64,000 nt of DNA from positions 1 through 64,000 of the forward strand of contig JAHLTZ010000042.1 in NCBI GenBank assembly GCA_025786725.1, read 5' to 3'. Source of the stretch: Syncephalis fuscata S228 (Eukaryota; Fungi; Zoopagomycota). The notes under the pieces were generated by a model that saw only the letters and a program-made list of their open reading frames with translations, was not told the DNA's origin and made no database searches. How positions within the stretch are numbered: position 1 is the stretch's first letter; each line of letters starts with the position of its first letter. The translations under genes were made by a program, and so were the position numbers. Positions 13,320 to 27,906 of this stretch are shown piece by piece.

Positions 13320-13378
13320 ATAGGATATGGGCAAAATGGTAATTGACACCATTTTAAAAAAGATAGGATATGAGCAAA
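13320..13378 (+). mobile_element. 27-bp hairpin plus A-tail micro-insertion with 16-bp target-site duplication (1 mismatch)
   Basis: ataggatatgggcaaa [atggtaattgacaccattttaaaaaag] ataggatatgagcaaa. The paralogous site near 22555-22575 is empty. Confidence 0.65.
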
Positions 13379-15370
13379 CAATATTTAAATTAAAAGTTAT
13401 TATCAGATGTTAGTTAAATAGCTAACAACTTGTAAAATGAAAAGAGCAGTTTACTGCTTCAATTAGGCAATTTTATTTTTGTAAAAAAACACTGTTGAGG
13501 TACACTTACGATATGAACAAAGAGGAAATTGGCAATTTGAAACAAGTGAATTTATTTTTAAATTTCCAGCTATACATGGCTGATTATGAACATCCTGTGA
13601 ATGCTTTAAGAGCTGACTACTATGATTGAATCGACCTCGAATTAAGAGAAATATTAAAAAACGGGTTAACAATGTGGATAATGGTTTTGATAAATGCGAA
13701 ACATTCTAAACTCTGAAGTTTTAATTTTAGTAGTTACAATAGAAATAGCTTGACAATAGGTATCGCAGATGTAAAAATACTCTTTATTCTAGATAATGAT
13801 AATATTGCTTCTGTTATTATTGTTAGCAATATAGCAAATTATAATGTTTAATAAAGTAGAATTTAAATTTATGATCATGTAAATATACTTAATAATTTAA
13901 ATAAAATAACGCACTATTTTTATCATTGATAAAATAAATAAATATATGTCTAGCTTTTACATAAACAAAAAGAAGCGCTTGAGATGTGTGCAAAAAGTAT
14001 TTGTTTACGATTACTGAGCATGACTATCACAGTTATAATTATTTTTACATCATTTTACGTGCTGTTTTCTACAGCAATGATGTGTGCACTGATGCACATC
14101 GCTGCTAACATATTACACCTTTTTACACCTTTTATTGCTTTATTTTATTTAATGTTCGCAGGCTTACTATTGCACATTATTGATATATTTGTTAGCAGAA
14201 CGACGACCTTCATAGTACAATTATCTAGCACTCATCAGCCTAATAGCCAGTTATATTGCTATTAACGCGCTACATGACCAAATAATCGCATAACCGCTCA
14301 GCTATGCTTTTTTATTATTTTTCAACAAACTATTCTTTTGGTTTCTACTTTCATTGCGTTAAAAATTAGCACGAGCAATGTAGCTTATAAACAAATAGTT
14401 TAGCAGCTATATAAACACATATTTTGGTATCAAAGCTATAATAACAATTTCGTCTTTTTATAGCGTTTGTTTGTACTTATAGCTGCATTCTTGCCCTTTT
14501 TGGCGTTGGAAGTTTTGAAAATAGCTTTTCTTTATAACAATATAAGTGTTTTATTGTTACTGTACTCAGGCAGTTGTTTGTTACAACGCCAATAGTATGA
14601 TGGTGTAATGTTGAACAAGCAATCAAATAAGGAAAACGAACATAAGAGGTGGCTTGATCAGATGGTTTAATATTAACTCAATAAAGTAATTTTATCAATA
14701 TTAAATTAATTTAGCAATCAAATACAGTTTAATCAGCAGACTTATAACAGAAGTTGTAACCGTATAAATTATAACAATAAGCTAAGTTAATTAAAGTAAA
14801 AATATTTATTTTATTATTGTTTGAGCAAAAGTATTAATTATTTATAATATTTTTGGAGTTCTATTGGGTGCTACATAGCATAAACTGTGCAGTGAAAGAA
14901 AATGCCAAGTACATAAATGCAACAAAGCTTAAATTAAAACTCCGCTTATTTATGTAATCTAGCTAATTGGAACAGTATAATCACCTTATCATTTGCAAAT
15001 TATATTACTCTACTCTATCCACTTATTCTCTCAATCTTGTACTTGTATATAGTAGCTTTCAATAAGAAACTAAATAATTTATAATTATTCTATATTATAA
15101 TAACATAAATTATTGCCTAAAAATCACTTCTTTGCATAGCACTTATAGATCAACTTATGTAAAAATAGTAGTCAATTCTGTCAAATAGCTTACAAACAAT
15201 GCCAAAATACTGTACAAATTAAAGCAATAGTTTGCAAAATTATATAAACAAATTAAATTGAACAATGTGGTTCATTAAACTAACAGTATTTATTATCGTG
15301 CACAACTACTCAGTTAATATTAACAGTAGAAGAAGCTACCATTGCTGCGGCATTGAGTACCAAATTATTT

Positions 15371-16149
15371 CTAGTATTTTGGAGCACTAGAATAAGCAGA
15401 TTTCTTTTCATTTTCAGTTGAACCGTAAGCGCCATTGTCCTTCTTGCCACCTTTCTTGCCACCTTTCTTGCCGCCTTTCTTATCTTCCTTCTTGTCGCCC
15501 TTCTTGCCGCCCTTCTTGCCCTCTTTGGTGACTTTGAAGCATCGTTGTAAACTGGCTTATCACCATTATTTGACTTATCATCTTCAGCCGGTGTGTCTTT
15601 AGCTGGTGTGTCTTTAGCCGGTGCATCTTCATAAGTATCACCAGTTTTCTTGCCAGCGCTAGGTTTGCCACCGCCACCAGAGATGTTGATGTCGGCACAT
15701 TGTTCGTAGTGTTCAATGGTTGTGACAAGATGGGCGGCGTTCCACACCCAACGGAGTACCTTGCGGCCAGTAATGTCCGATGGAATTTCAACTGACCATG
15801 GACCAACCTTGCCTGGAGCAGCACAGCCATCTTTGGAAGCAATTTTGCGAGCATTGCTGAGGTTTTCGTCAAGAATATACACCTCGCACATACCAATATG
15901 TGGAGCAGTAATAGTAAGACCAAGCGTGACAGAGTGGCCTACATCGGTCACCTTACCAGCGGGTTCACCACGGCAAATACCTTTGGTGTTTGGGTTCTTT
16001 ACATCATCAACCAGGTATGAGACCTTGGCGATACCACGAGGTGTTGGGCTGGACATGTAGCCGTGAGCAGATACGCTCGAGATGGTGGACACGGCAAGAA
16101 GCGCGGCGGCGCAAGCGAAAAAACCAATGGTAGAAGCGAATCGAGTCAT
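15371..16149 (-). CDS. Secreted AA16-like protein copy 2, Lys/Gly-rich tail, CBM19 deleted
   Basis: Same His-brace domain. Restoring one missing C near 15520 (present in copy 3) gives SPKSGKKGGKKGDKKEDKKGGKKGGKKGGKKDNG...SSAPKY-stop. The ORF-track Arg-rich tail to 15310 is the shifted frame. Confidence 0.75.
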
Positions 16150-18062
16150 GATGAATTGAATGTAGTTATTGAATCGAGGACCGGCCTAGTTCAAATGATA
16201 ATCAAAAAATATTTGTCGTTGGTGGTTTGTTTTGAAAATTTAAAAGAGTGATCGATTGAAGGCACAGCCTTGTATATCGTAGTGAGTAGAAATGTAGCAC
16301 TGTTAGAGGAGTTGTGGTTGTTGTGGTAATCAAGTAGAGAAATGACTGTTACTTGTCGTTTATATACTAGACAAAAGTTGGGAGGCGACATTAATAGCGC
16401 AACGCAAATGTCACATGCATCTCCGTAACTCGACCAATCTAAGTAAGAATGGAACCGTACGAAACAAATCATGACCAAACAGTATAAGGATCTTCGCCTA
16501 TACTGTGTAGTGTCGACATAGGATGACGGATATGTCTTATCACACAATTGCTAAATATGTAAACGTAGTCAATGTCACGGGCCAGTTTGAACTGGTTTTA
16601 TTTTTATCGAAGCTAATTGCACTAGCACTATTAAATATAATGGTGCGTCAATATATACTACTATATATTTAAGTATTAAATTGCTTAATTCACTAATTCT
16701 TTGTTTGGAATATTATTCATAAATCAAACACTGTTTATTCAAAGCGGTGTTTCCAAGTATAGCCGCTTATAGTGAAACTGTTGAATGACTGTTTTCAGAC
16801 CCACAAAAGTCTATGATGGTCAAACGCGGTAACGTAGTGTAAATGCTGATAGCCAAAAGTGCTCAATTAATTATGAAACGTTTGGTAACTGGCACTACCA
16901 TGAAAGCAGTACAGATCCCAAATTAATGGTGCAACTGTCCTATGCTAAATAAAAAGTGTTGGTTTCATCCAAGACAACGTAGCGGATAATGACAGCACTA
17001 TAGAATAATGCTGACAATTAAACGTTTATTGAGCCATTATTGCAACAAATATATACTTCAAATAAACTGGATCTGCTTTAAAATGTACCAATAAGTTGGC
17101 TAACATACAATATAAAAATAATATAGAGTTAGATTTAGTATCTACTAGTGATTGGCTAGCTAGTAATTTGTAAAATGAGTATTGCAGCCTATTAACTCAA
17201 TCAGAATTTTTTTCGTATAAAGGTACGGCCGTGGCACGTTCACAACGTGAGCAAATATTTGAATTGGTAGCCTGAAACAAGTGATTTATTTGTGAAATTG
17301 TAGCTGTACATGGCTAAATACCACCATTTTACGGATGTATCAGGAATTAACGACTATCGTGACCGAGTAGACTCCAGGCTAAGGGGAGTGATGAAAGAGA
17401 AAGAAAAGGCAAGGTTTCATGGTAATATGGACGATGGCTGTGATAAATGTGGGGTATTATTGGCTTTTGACGTTTTAGCTTTTGCAATTATCATAGTCGA
17501 TGACGCAGTGGTGGATGCTGCTGTTGCAGAAATGCTTACGTACTGGATAATGTTAATATTGTCTCTGCTGTTATTGTTAGTGTTGTAGCGAATTATAAAG
17601 ATTCAATAAATGAACATACTGCTTATAGACATATCAAATGTGCATGGAATGTAAATAATATGGCTTACTGCTTTTTATTATCAAAAGGTGGTTAATTATA
17701 TAATTACATCTAAGTAAACAAGAATTACACTTGGGACGTGTATAAAAGTAATTGTTTAAGGTTTTTGAGCATAAAAACAAAGATTATTATTGCCTAATAT
17801 GGTAATAATAATTATTGTTAAAATTGCTTTGCATAGTATTTATAGATCAACTTATGTAAAAATAGTAGTCAATTCTGTCAAATAGCTTAAAACAATGCCA
17901 AAATACTGTACAAATTAAGCAATAGTTTGCAATATTATATAAACAAATTAAATTGAACAATATGGTTATTAAACTAACAGTATTTATTATCGTGCACAAT
18001 ACTCAGTTAATATTACAGTAGAAGAAGCTACCATTGCTGCGGCATTGAGTACCAAATTATTT

Positions 18063-18844
18063 CTAGTATTTTGGAGCACTAGAATAAGCAGATTTCTTTT
18101 CATTTTCAGTTGAACCGTAAGCGCCATTGTCCTTCTTGCCACCTTTCTTGCCACCTTTCTTGCCGCCTTTCTTATCTTCCTTCTTGTCGCCCTTCTTGCC
18201 GCCCTTCTTGCCGCTCTTTGGTGACTTTGAGCATCGTTGTAAACTGACTTATCACCATTATTTGACTTATCATCTTCAGCCGGTCTAGCTGTGTCTTTAG
18301 CTGGTGTGTCTTTAGCGGTGCATCTTCATAAGTATCGCCAGTTTTCTTGCCAGCGCTAGGTTTGCCACCGCCACCAGAGATGTTGATATCGGCACATTGT
18401 TCGTAGTGTTCAATGGTTGTGACAAGATGGGCGGCGTTCCACACCCAACGGAGTACCTTGCGGCCAGTAATGTCCGATGGAATTTCAACTGACCATGGAC
18501 CAACCTTGCCTGGAGCAGCACAGCCATCTTTGGAAGCAATCTTGCGAGCATTGCTGAGGTTTTCGTCAAGAATATACACCTCGCACATACCAATATGTGG
18601 AGCAGTAATAGTAAGACCAAGCGTGACAGAGTGGCCTACATGGTCACCTTACCAGCGGATTCGCCACGGCAAATACCTTTGGTGTTTGGGTTCTTTACAT
18701 CATCAACCAGGTATGAGACCTTGGCGATACCACGAGGTTTGGGCTGGACATGTAGCCGTGAGCAGATACGCTCGAGATGGTGGACACGGCAAGAAGCGCG
18801 GCGGCGCAAGCGGAAAAACCAATGGTAGAAGCGAATCGAGTCAT
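18063..18844 (-). CDS. Secreted AA16-like protein copy 3 (several 1-bp frameshifts; error or pseudogene)
   Basis: Near-identical to copy 2; deletions near 18740, 18641, 18316 and 18230. Confidence 0.6.
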
Positions 18845-20685
18845 GATGAATTGAATGTAGTTATTGAATCAGGACCGGCCTAGTTCAAATGATAATCAAA
18901 AAATATTTGTCGTTGGTGGTTGTTTTGAAAATTTAAAAAGTGATCGATTGAAGGCACAGCCTTGTATATCGTAGTGAGTAGAAATGTAGCACTGTTAGAG
19001 GAGTTGTGGTTGTTGTGGTAATCAAGTGAGAAATGGACTGTTACTTGTCGTTTATATACTAGACAAAAGTTGGGAGGCGACATTAATAGCGCAACGCAAA
19101 TGTCACATGCATCTCCGTAGCTCGACCAATCTAAGTAAGAATGGAACCGTACGAAACAAATCATGACCAAACAGTATAAGGATCTTCGCCTATACTGTGT
19201 AGTGTCGACATAGGATACGGTATGTCTTATCACACAATTGCTAAATATGTAAACGTAGTCAATGTCACGGGCCAGTTTGAACTGGTTTTATTTTTATCGA
19301 AGCTAATTGCACTAGCACTATTAAATATAATGGTGCGTCAATGATATACTACTATATATTTAAGTATTAAATTGCTTAATTACTAATTCTTTATTTGGAA
19401 TATTATTCATAAATCAAACACTGTTTATTCAAAGCGGTGTTTCCAAGTATAGCCGCTTATAGTGAAACTGTTGAATGACTGTTTTCAGACCACAAAAGTC
19501 TATGATGGTCAAACGCGGTAACGTAGTGTAAATGCTGATAGCCAAAAGTGCTCAATTAATTATGAAACGTTTGGTAACTGGCCTACCATGAAAGCAGTAC
19601 AGATCCCAAATTAATGGTGCAACTGTCCTATGCTAAATAAAAAGTGCTTGGTTTCATCCAAGACAACGTAGCGGATAATGACAGCACTGTAGAATAATGC
19701 TGACAATTAAACGTATTATTGAGCCATTATTGCAACAAATATATACTTCAAATAAACTGGATCTGCTTTAAAATGTACCAATAAGTTGCTAAATACAATA
19801 TAAAAATAATATAGAGTTAGATTTAGTATCTATAGTGATTGGCTAGCTAGTAATTTGTAAAATGAGTATTGCAGCCTATTAACTCATCAGAATTTTTTTC
19901 GTATAAAGGTACGCCGTGGCACGTTCACAACGTGAGCAAATATTTGAATTGGTAGCCTGAAACAAGTGATTTATTTGTGAAATTGTAGCTGTACATGGCT
20001 AAATACCACCATTTTACGGATGTATCAGGAATTAACGACTATCGTGACCGAGTAGACTCCAGGCTAAGGGGAGTGATGAAAGAGAAAGAAAAGGCAAGGT
20101 TTCATGGTAATATGGATGATGGCTGTGATAAATGTGGGGTATTATTGGCTTTTGACGTTTTAGCTTTTGCAATTATTATAGTCGATGACGCAGTGATGGA
20201 TGCTGCTGTTGCAGAAATGCTTATCGTACTGGATAATGTTAATATTGTCTCTGCTGTTATTGTTAGTGTTGTAGCGAATTATAAAGATTCAATAAAGTGA
20301 ACATACTGCTTATAGACATATCAAATGTGCATGGAATGTAAATAATATGGCTTACTGCTTTTTATTATCAAAAGGCGGTTAATTATATAATTACATCTAA
20401 GTAAACAAGAATTACACTTGGGACGTGTATAAAAGTAATTGTTTAAGGTTTTTGAGCATAAAAACAAAGATATTATTGCCTAATATGGTAATAATAAATT
20501 ATTATCTAAAATTGCTTTGCATAGCATTATAGACAATTATGTTAAAATAGTAGTCAATTCTGTAATAGCTTACAACAATAAAATACTGTACAATTAAGCA
20601 ATAGTTTGCATATTTATATAAACAAATTAAATTGAACAATATTTTATTAAACTAACAGTATTTATTATCGTGCACAACTACTTAT

Positions 20686-21604
20686 TTAATATCCACAGTA
20701 GAGGGCATTACCACTGCCGCGGCATTGAGTACCGGATGCGCATGTGACCCAAGAGTAAGAGCCTCTATTGCATTGGCCAATTTTGGCGCCATCACACTTA
20801 AATTCGCCATCCTTGCAGCTATCACCAGCACCACGTATTCTGAAGGTTTTGGAGCTTCAGCATCATCAGATTTCTTTTCAACTTCAGTTGAAGTTGAATC
20901 ATAAGAATTGGTATTTTTCTTATTGCCTTTCTTGCCACCCTTCTTACCGCTCTTTGATGGCTTATCTTCAGTTGGTGTATAGCTGGCTGGCGCATCTTCA
21001 GCTGGCTTATTTCAGCTGGCGTATCTTCAGCTGGCGTATCTTCAGCTGGCGTATCTTCAGCTGGTGTGTCTTTAGCTGGTGCACCTTTATAAGACTCATC
21101 AGCTTTCTTGCCGGCTAGGTTTGCCACCGCCACCAGAGATGTTGATATCGGCACATTGTTCGTAGTGTTCAATGGTTGTGACAAGATGGGCGGCGTTCCA
21201 CACCCAACGGAGTACCTTGCGGCCAGTAATGTCCGATGGAATTTCAACTGACCATGGACCAACCTTGCCTGGAGCAGCACAACCATCTTTGGAAGCAATC
21301 TTACGAGGATTGTCGAGGTTTTCGTCAAGAATATACACCTCGCACATACCAATATGTGGAGCAGTAATAGTAAGACCAAGCGTGACAGAGTGGCCTACAT
21401 TGGTCACCTTACCAGCGGGTTCACCACGGCAAATACCTTTGGTGTTTGGGTTCTTTACATCATCAACCAGGTATGAGACCTTGGCATACCACGAGGTGCT
21501 GGGCTGGACATGTAGCCGTGAGCAGATACGCTCGAGATGGTGGACACGGCAAGAAGCGCGGCGGCGCAAGCGGAAAAACCAATGGTAGAAGCGAATCGAG
21601 TCAT
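20686..21604 (-). CDS. Secreted AA16-like protein copy 4 with linker and CBM19-like module (1-bp frameshifts)
   Basis: HGYMSSPAPR...EHYEQCADI; C-terminus DSCKDGEFKCDGAKIGQCNRGSYSWVTCASGTQCRGSGNALYCGY-stop; deletions near 21487 and 21113. Confidence 0.7.
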
Positions 21605-22871
21605 GATGAATTGAATGTAGTTATTGAATCGAGGACCGGCCTAGTTCAAATGATAATCAAAAAATATTTGTCGCTGGTGGTTCGTTTTGAAAACTTAAAA
21701 AGCGTAATGTATCAAAGGCACGGCCTTGTATATCGTAGTGAGTAGAAATGTAGCACTGTTAGAGGAGTTGTGGTTGTTGGTGGTAATCAAATGGAGAAAT
21801 GGACTTGTTACTTGTCGTTTATATACTAAACAAATGCCGCATAATAACATTAATAGTGCGATACAAAACACCACATGCATCTCCGTAATCCAGTCAATCT
21901 AAGCAAATTATAGTCACACGAAACAAAATCACTGACCAAACAGTGTAGGGATCTTCGCCTTTACTGCATAAACGTCGGCTTGAAATGACGAATACACTTA
22001 TTACACAGTGACTAACTACGTAACATAGTCGTACTATAGGCCAATTTGAACCAGCTTTACTAATTACTATCAAATATATAGTGCGCAAATAATATATTAC
22101 TACACAATCTTATTAATTTATGAATCTACTATTCAAAAATGTTATTCATAAATCAAACATTGTTTATCTAAAATGGTATTTTTGAACATATCCGTATATA
22201 GTGAAACAGCTGTTTAGTTGTTTTCATGCCCATAGAAGTTTATGGTAGCCGAGTACGGCAACATAAAACAATATGAATAGCCAAGAATGCTCAATTAATC
22301 ATGAAACGCTCGGCAACTAACGCTACGATTGAAGTACAATTACCGAATTTATCATCACAGTTACTTTGTGCCAGTCAAAACAGCGCTTGGCTCCATTCTA
22401 ATACGACGCAGCGGTAATATCGGTATCATATGTGACTGGTAACTTTGACCAACAAACGCTTTCTCGAGCCACTGTTTCGATGGAGTATGCATCTGAAACA
22501 AAAAAGGATTTTTGCTTTAAATGTACCAATATGGTAACTCTATACAATAAATCACTTTATACAATATGAGCAATAGTATATATAATAAATTATTATTTTC
22601 TACTAACTACACAGCTAGCCATTTGTAAAATGAAAAATATAGTTTATTGTTTTAATCGGTCAATTCCACTTTGTAAAAAGCTGCATGTAAATTCACAATG
22701 TAGGCAGATAACAAATTGACAATTTGAAACAAGTGGATTTATTTGTAAATTCTTAGTTACACACAACCCATATTTTTAACCTGTGGATGCTTAGGAACTA
22801 GCAACTAGCGACTACTATCACCAAACAACATGCTCCCAAATTAAGGGGCGAGAGAAAGGAGAGGCAAAGTT

Positions 22872-25686
22872 TTATGGTAATGTGGATGATGGCTGCGATA
22901 AACGTGGGATCTCTCTAGTTTTCGACGTTTCAGCTTCTGTAGTGACCATAGACGATGACGCAGTAGCTGTAGCAGTGGTAATGGGAGTAGGAGTGATGTT
23001 GGTCGTACTGGATGATGGTAATGCAGCCTCTGTTGTTGTGGCTATTGGCGGCATTAATGATGACGGTGCACGGATTGGTAACGGCCCCAAGTTAGGAGTA
23101 GTAGCGGGTAATGGCAACGCTGATGGCGTGACGGGCACCATAGGCGTTATACTGGGTGCTAATTGAAACGTAGAGGAATGTGATCCGTTCTCCAGTATAT
23201 TCGTAGCCGGTATGGCCGTCGTCACCGCCGACAACAAAGTCGAGGGAAAAGGGCTATGTGAAATTAACGTGTTTTCTGTTTCATTAGCGTTTAAATGCGT
23301 ATCTGTAGCAGGTCTAGAAATGGAGCTTATAGGCAGGGAAGAAGAGGAAGAAGAAAGTGTTGACGGTGAAATGTTTGAATTAGAATTAGGAGGCAATAAA
23401 GATAATGGGGCAGCTAGTGTTGGTGCATTGTCGGATACTCGTAAATTAATACGCCGAATCTGTGATGATAGCGTTGTTGTATCAGCTGATGTCTCATCTC
23501 CATTTACTGTGGCTATCGGTGTAATTACAGATGGTCGACCTCCTTGAATACTAATATTACTTTCCATATCGCTACTATCTTCAATATCCACATCACCATC
23601 CGTATCTTGGTGGTGTTGATATCCATTAGAATAGTAATAATACTGCGATTGCATTTGTTTTCTCTTCTCTTCTCGTCGACGGGCCTTTTCCCTTATACGT
23701 TCCTGTTCTCGTTCTCGTTCATCCAGTATCTTTTGACAGTGTAAACAATGATATTGCGTCCAATCTGGTAGTGGTGCATCGGCTGGATACTCTTCTTCTA
23801 CACACTGAAGATGCTGTACCACACCACATCGTTGACAGAATACCGTCGGCTGTTCTTCATCCTACAAGTATGCGCATTAATAAATGTATGATATTTTATT
23901 CCAGTTCACTTACATAGTGTTGGCCATGTTGACCGCATATACAGTCAAAATCAACGATATCGGCTTCTCTTTTTCGTTTGCGTGTCTCTCGATGACGGGA
24001 CGATGTACGCAATTCACTATAGAGTGACTCGTCTTCTTGTGTCGATATTGGCTCCACTGGTGGTTGTCGTTCTTTCTCCAATGCTCTCTGTTCTCGTAAC
24101 TCCCATCGCTCTTTTAGCTCCTAATGCCAAATAAGTTGTCAATAATTGTTTATTTATTCTACATACCTTTCTCTCCTTTCGTTTACGTTGTTCCTCTAAT
24201 TGACGCTTTTCTTCCATAATGCGACGCCGATTCCGCTCTTCTTCAAGCTGTGCTCGTTCAAGTTCTTTCATAACAATTCGCGAGGAACGCTTTCGATTAA
24301 GCACCGCCAATTCCATTTCTCGTTGCTTTTCCTCCGCCTATTGTTGTCAGATATCTGTATAACATGCACTTAATATACTATTTACCTCTAATTCTGGTAT
24401 AATGCGTGGCAACAATTCTTCATCTACCACTTTAATCACTCTTTTTCTACTCGATTCTTTGTCCCTTTAAACTGAGCCGTAAATTGTAGCCAATCCTCCT
24501 TATTACTACAAATCTAAGTATGCTTTGTTAAATATAATATTTGCTTTATTTAGTTAGTTACCAATTCCCATACAGGCTCTTCTTCAGTTGTCATTGTCAC
24601 TGTGCTAGTTACTGTCTTTTTCTTCTTTTGCGCAGCAGCCTTGACCGAAGCCTTTTTTGGCCGTGGTAATGGATGTTGACAGTAAAGTCGATTATCTAGC
24701 CTTATTATATTATTATAACAATCTTATGCATCAACTAGTACATACCATCAAAAAGCCAATAAGTCTTATATTTAGCATCATATCCAATAGGCAAAACACG
24801 CTAATAATATTAACTAATTAATATTATAATAGATCAACACTATTCTTTATTAATATTTACCCATTCTTCAGCATTCTCATCGTGTTTTAACCGTTCTCTA
24901 AATCGTTCCGGTTCATCCAATTGCCATTCACACAAATAATGAACTGCAAGAATCTAAATACCATATATAAGTTAATAATTTATTCCATTTAATAACCTAC
25001 CTTTTCTTGTAATGAAAGAGTAAAGAAATTCCATGCTGGTGCTAATTCTTCATTTGCATGTTCATTTCGTTCTATTTGATCATTACCGACTGACGCTGAA
25101 TTGATTATTGTTTGATCATCATCATCGTTATTTAATACATGAGTAGATTGTTGCCAGGATAATGGTAATGCTTCTGGATCTCTCTTAATATATTCTTTCC
25201 ATAATAGATTTGACCATGTATCATGGCTAGATATCCATTAGTTGTAATACTATACAATAAATATACACTACTTACTTTACCAAACGATTTGATGTCAACT
25301 GTCGTAGTAATCGAATAGCGATGTCGCGTAAATACGGATTATACTCGTCTAAAAACGACTGTTCCAATTTCTATTCAGTATTGATAGATTCATATTAGAA
25401 ATAAATATAGATATAAATTAAAAGGAGATACCATGACTTACATCGGTATCTATTTCTTCTATCTGAAAGGCCGTATGAAATAGTTCCAAGAATTGAACAA
25501 TAGCAGCAAATTGCCACATACCCGCAGTTGTTGTAGCGGTGTTGACGACGACCCGTTAAACGCTACTGATCGGTCTTCTCGTAGGTCATGGCTCTTGGAC
25601 GGTGTTGACCGTACTTTAGAAGTCGTCGAAGCAAGTGGACTCGACTCATTCTTGGCCTGTCGTGTATTCACTCGTGTGGTCACCAT
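22872..25686 (-). CDS. DDT/WHIM1/WSD plus PHD-finger chromatin protein (Ioc3/RSF1-like ISWI partner)
   Basis: MWQFAAIVQFLELF (frameshift near 25525), WNFFTLSLQEK...HYLCEWQLDEPERFRE, VLPIGYDAKYKTYWLFD/NRLY, LAVLNRKRSSRI, PHD FDCICG...FCQRCGVVQHLQC...YHCLHC. Confidence 0.75.
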
Positions 25687-26049
25687 AGTTGAGGCTTATC
25701 TAAAGCGCGTTTCAACTGTTGTCGTTCTTACACTTGTTTCTAGCAATAAGGGTGCCTAGCCACAGCAACACTAACTGTACGTACACTAATGATGAAGTAA
25801 TAGTATTTATAGAAGGAGAAACAGTAGGCGTGCGTGCTATCCCGCAGAGAAAGAAACAAAGAAGAATAAGAAAGGAGACGAGCAAGTAGTTAGAACAATG
25901 ATCTGACACAGATGAAAGACGAAATTCACGAGAAATAACTTTTTGTTTAAATAAAGTTTAGTAAAAAGAAAACATAACTAATCTACACTGTTCTTATTAA
26001 TTTACTCCTTAAACAACTGTAGTTGTATATTTATTATATTAATATCAAA

Positions 26050-26471
26050 ATGTCTTCTAGTTCTCATTTACCATCGTCTACTGTCAAGTCTATAACCAAT
26101 AGTCATGACAATGCAATGTTAATGAACATGAAGACACGAATAAAGAGGCCAGATACAAGCTACGTGCTCGCTGTTTAGATATATGGCTTCAAGTAGTACG
26201 GGAACGCCATTAGCTACATTTAATCTTGTTGACGGGTAATATCATTCTACTAGTAAATACTAAACGCTTTATTTATAATATTGAATATATGATATATGAT
26301 TGAATTAGATCTATCGTTACAGCCACGTTGAATAGTACGCATTCTCAAGAAACCCACTATAGAGTAAGCCGATTAAATACACCTATAGGCCAGTATTCAG
26401 AGGCACTTATTCGTCAAGCCGATATTCAATCCATTTCTTTGGTTTTATCATCGAATAACGATGGTCTATAA
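26050..26471 (+). CDS. GEMIN7: Gemin7 (SMN complex subunit)
   Basis: KEARYKLRARCL...ATFNLVDG|SIVTATLNSTHSQETHYRVSRLNTPIGQYSEALIRQADIQSISL matches the Gemin7 pattern LQTPIG..EALLR.SDI. One intron at ~26236-26308; two 1-bp gaps needed. Confidence 0.75.
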
Positions 26472-26479
26472 ATACATAG

Positions 26480-27906
<1,427 letters not shown>

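Larger units (their letters stand above)
12826..14040. repeat. Diverged inverted repeat pair (~12826-13095 vs ~13805-14040), possibly decayed Mutator-like transposase fragments
   Basis: The reverse complement of 12900-13095 matches 13805-14010 (ttagcaatgtagcaaattatagcgtttaataaagta vs ttagcaatatagcaaattataatgtttaataaagta). Broken translations LFAHISS and TLLNII weakly recall MULE motifs. Confidence 0.5.
15106..20500. repeat. Near-identical tandem segmental duplication, two ~2.7-kb units (~15106-17815, ~17815-20500)
   Basis: Gene, flanks and neighbour-gene relic are repeated, differing mostly by 1-bp indels. The junction lies at ataattatt/ataaattatt microhomology. Confidence 0.85.

Noticed and set aside
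15310-15530. Arg-rich protamine-like or cell-penetrating tail RARRAARRATRRK
   Set aside because: Arises from one missing base relative to copy 3; the homologous frame gives GGKK repeats.
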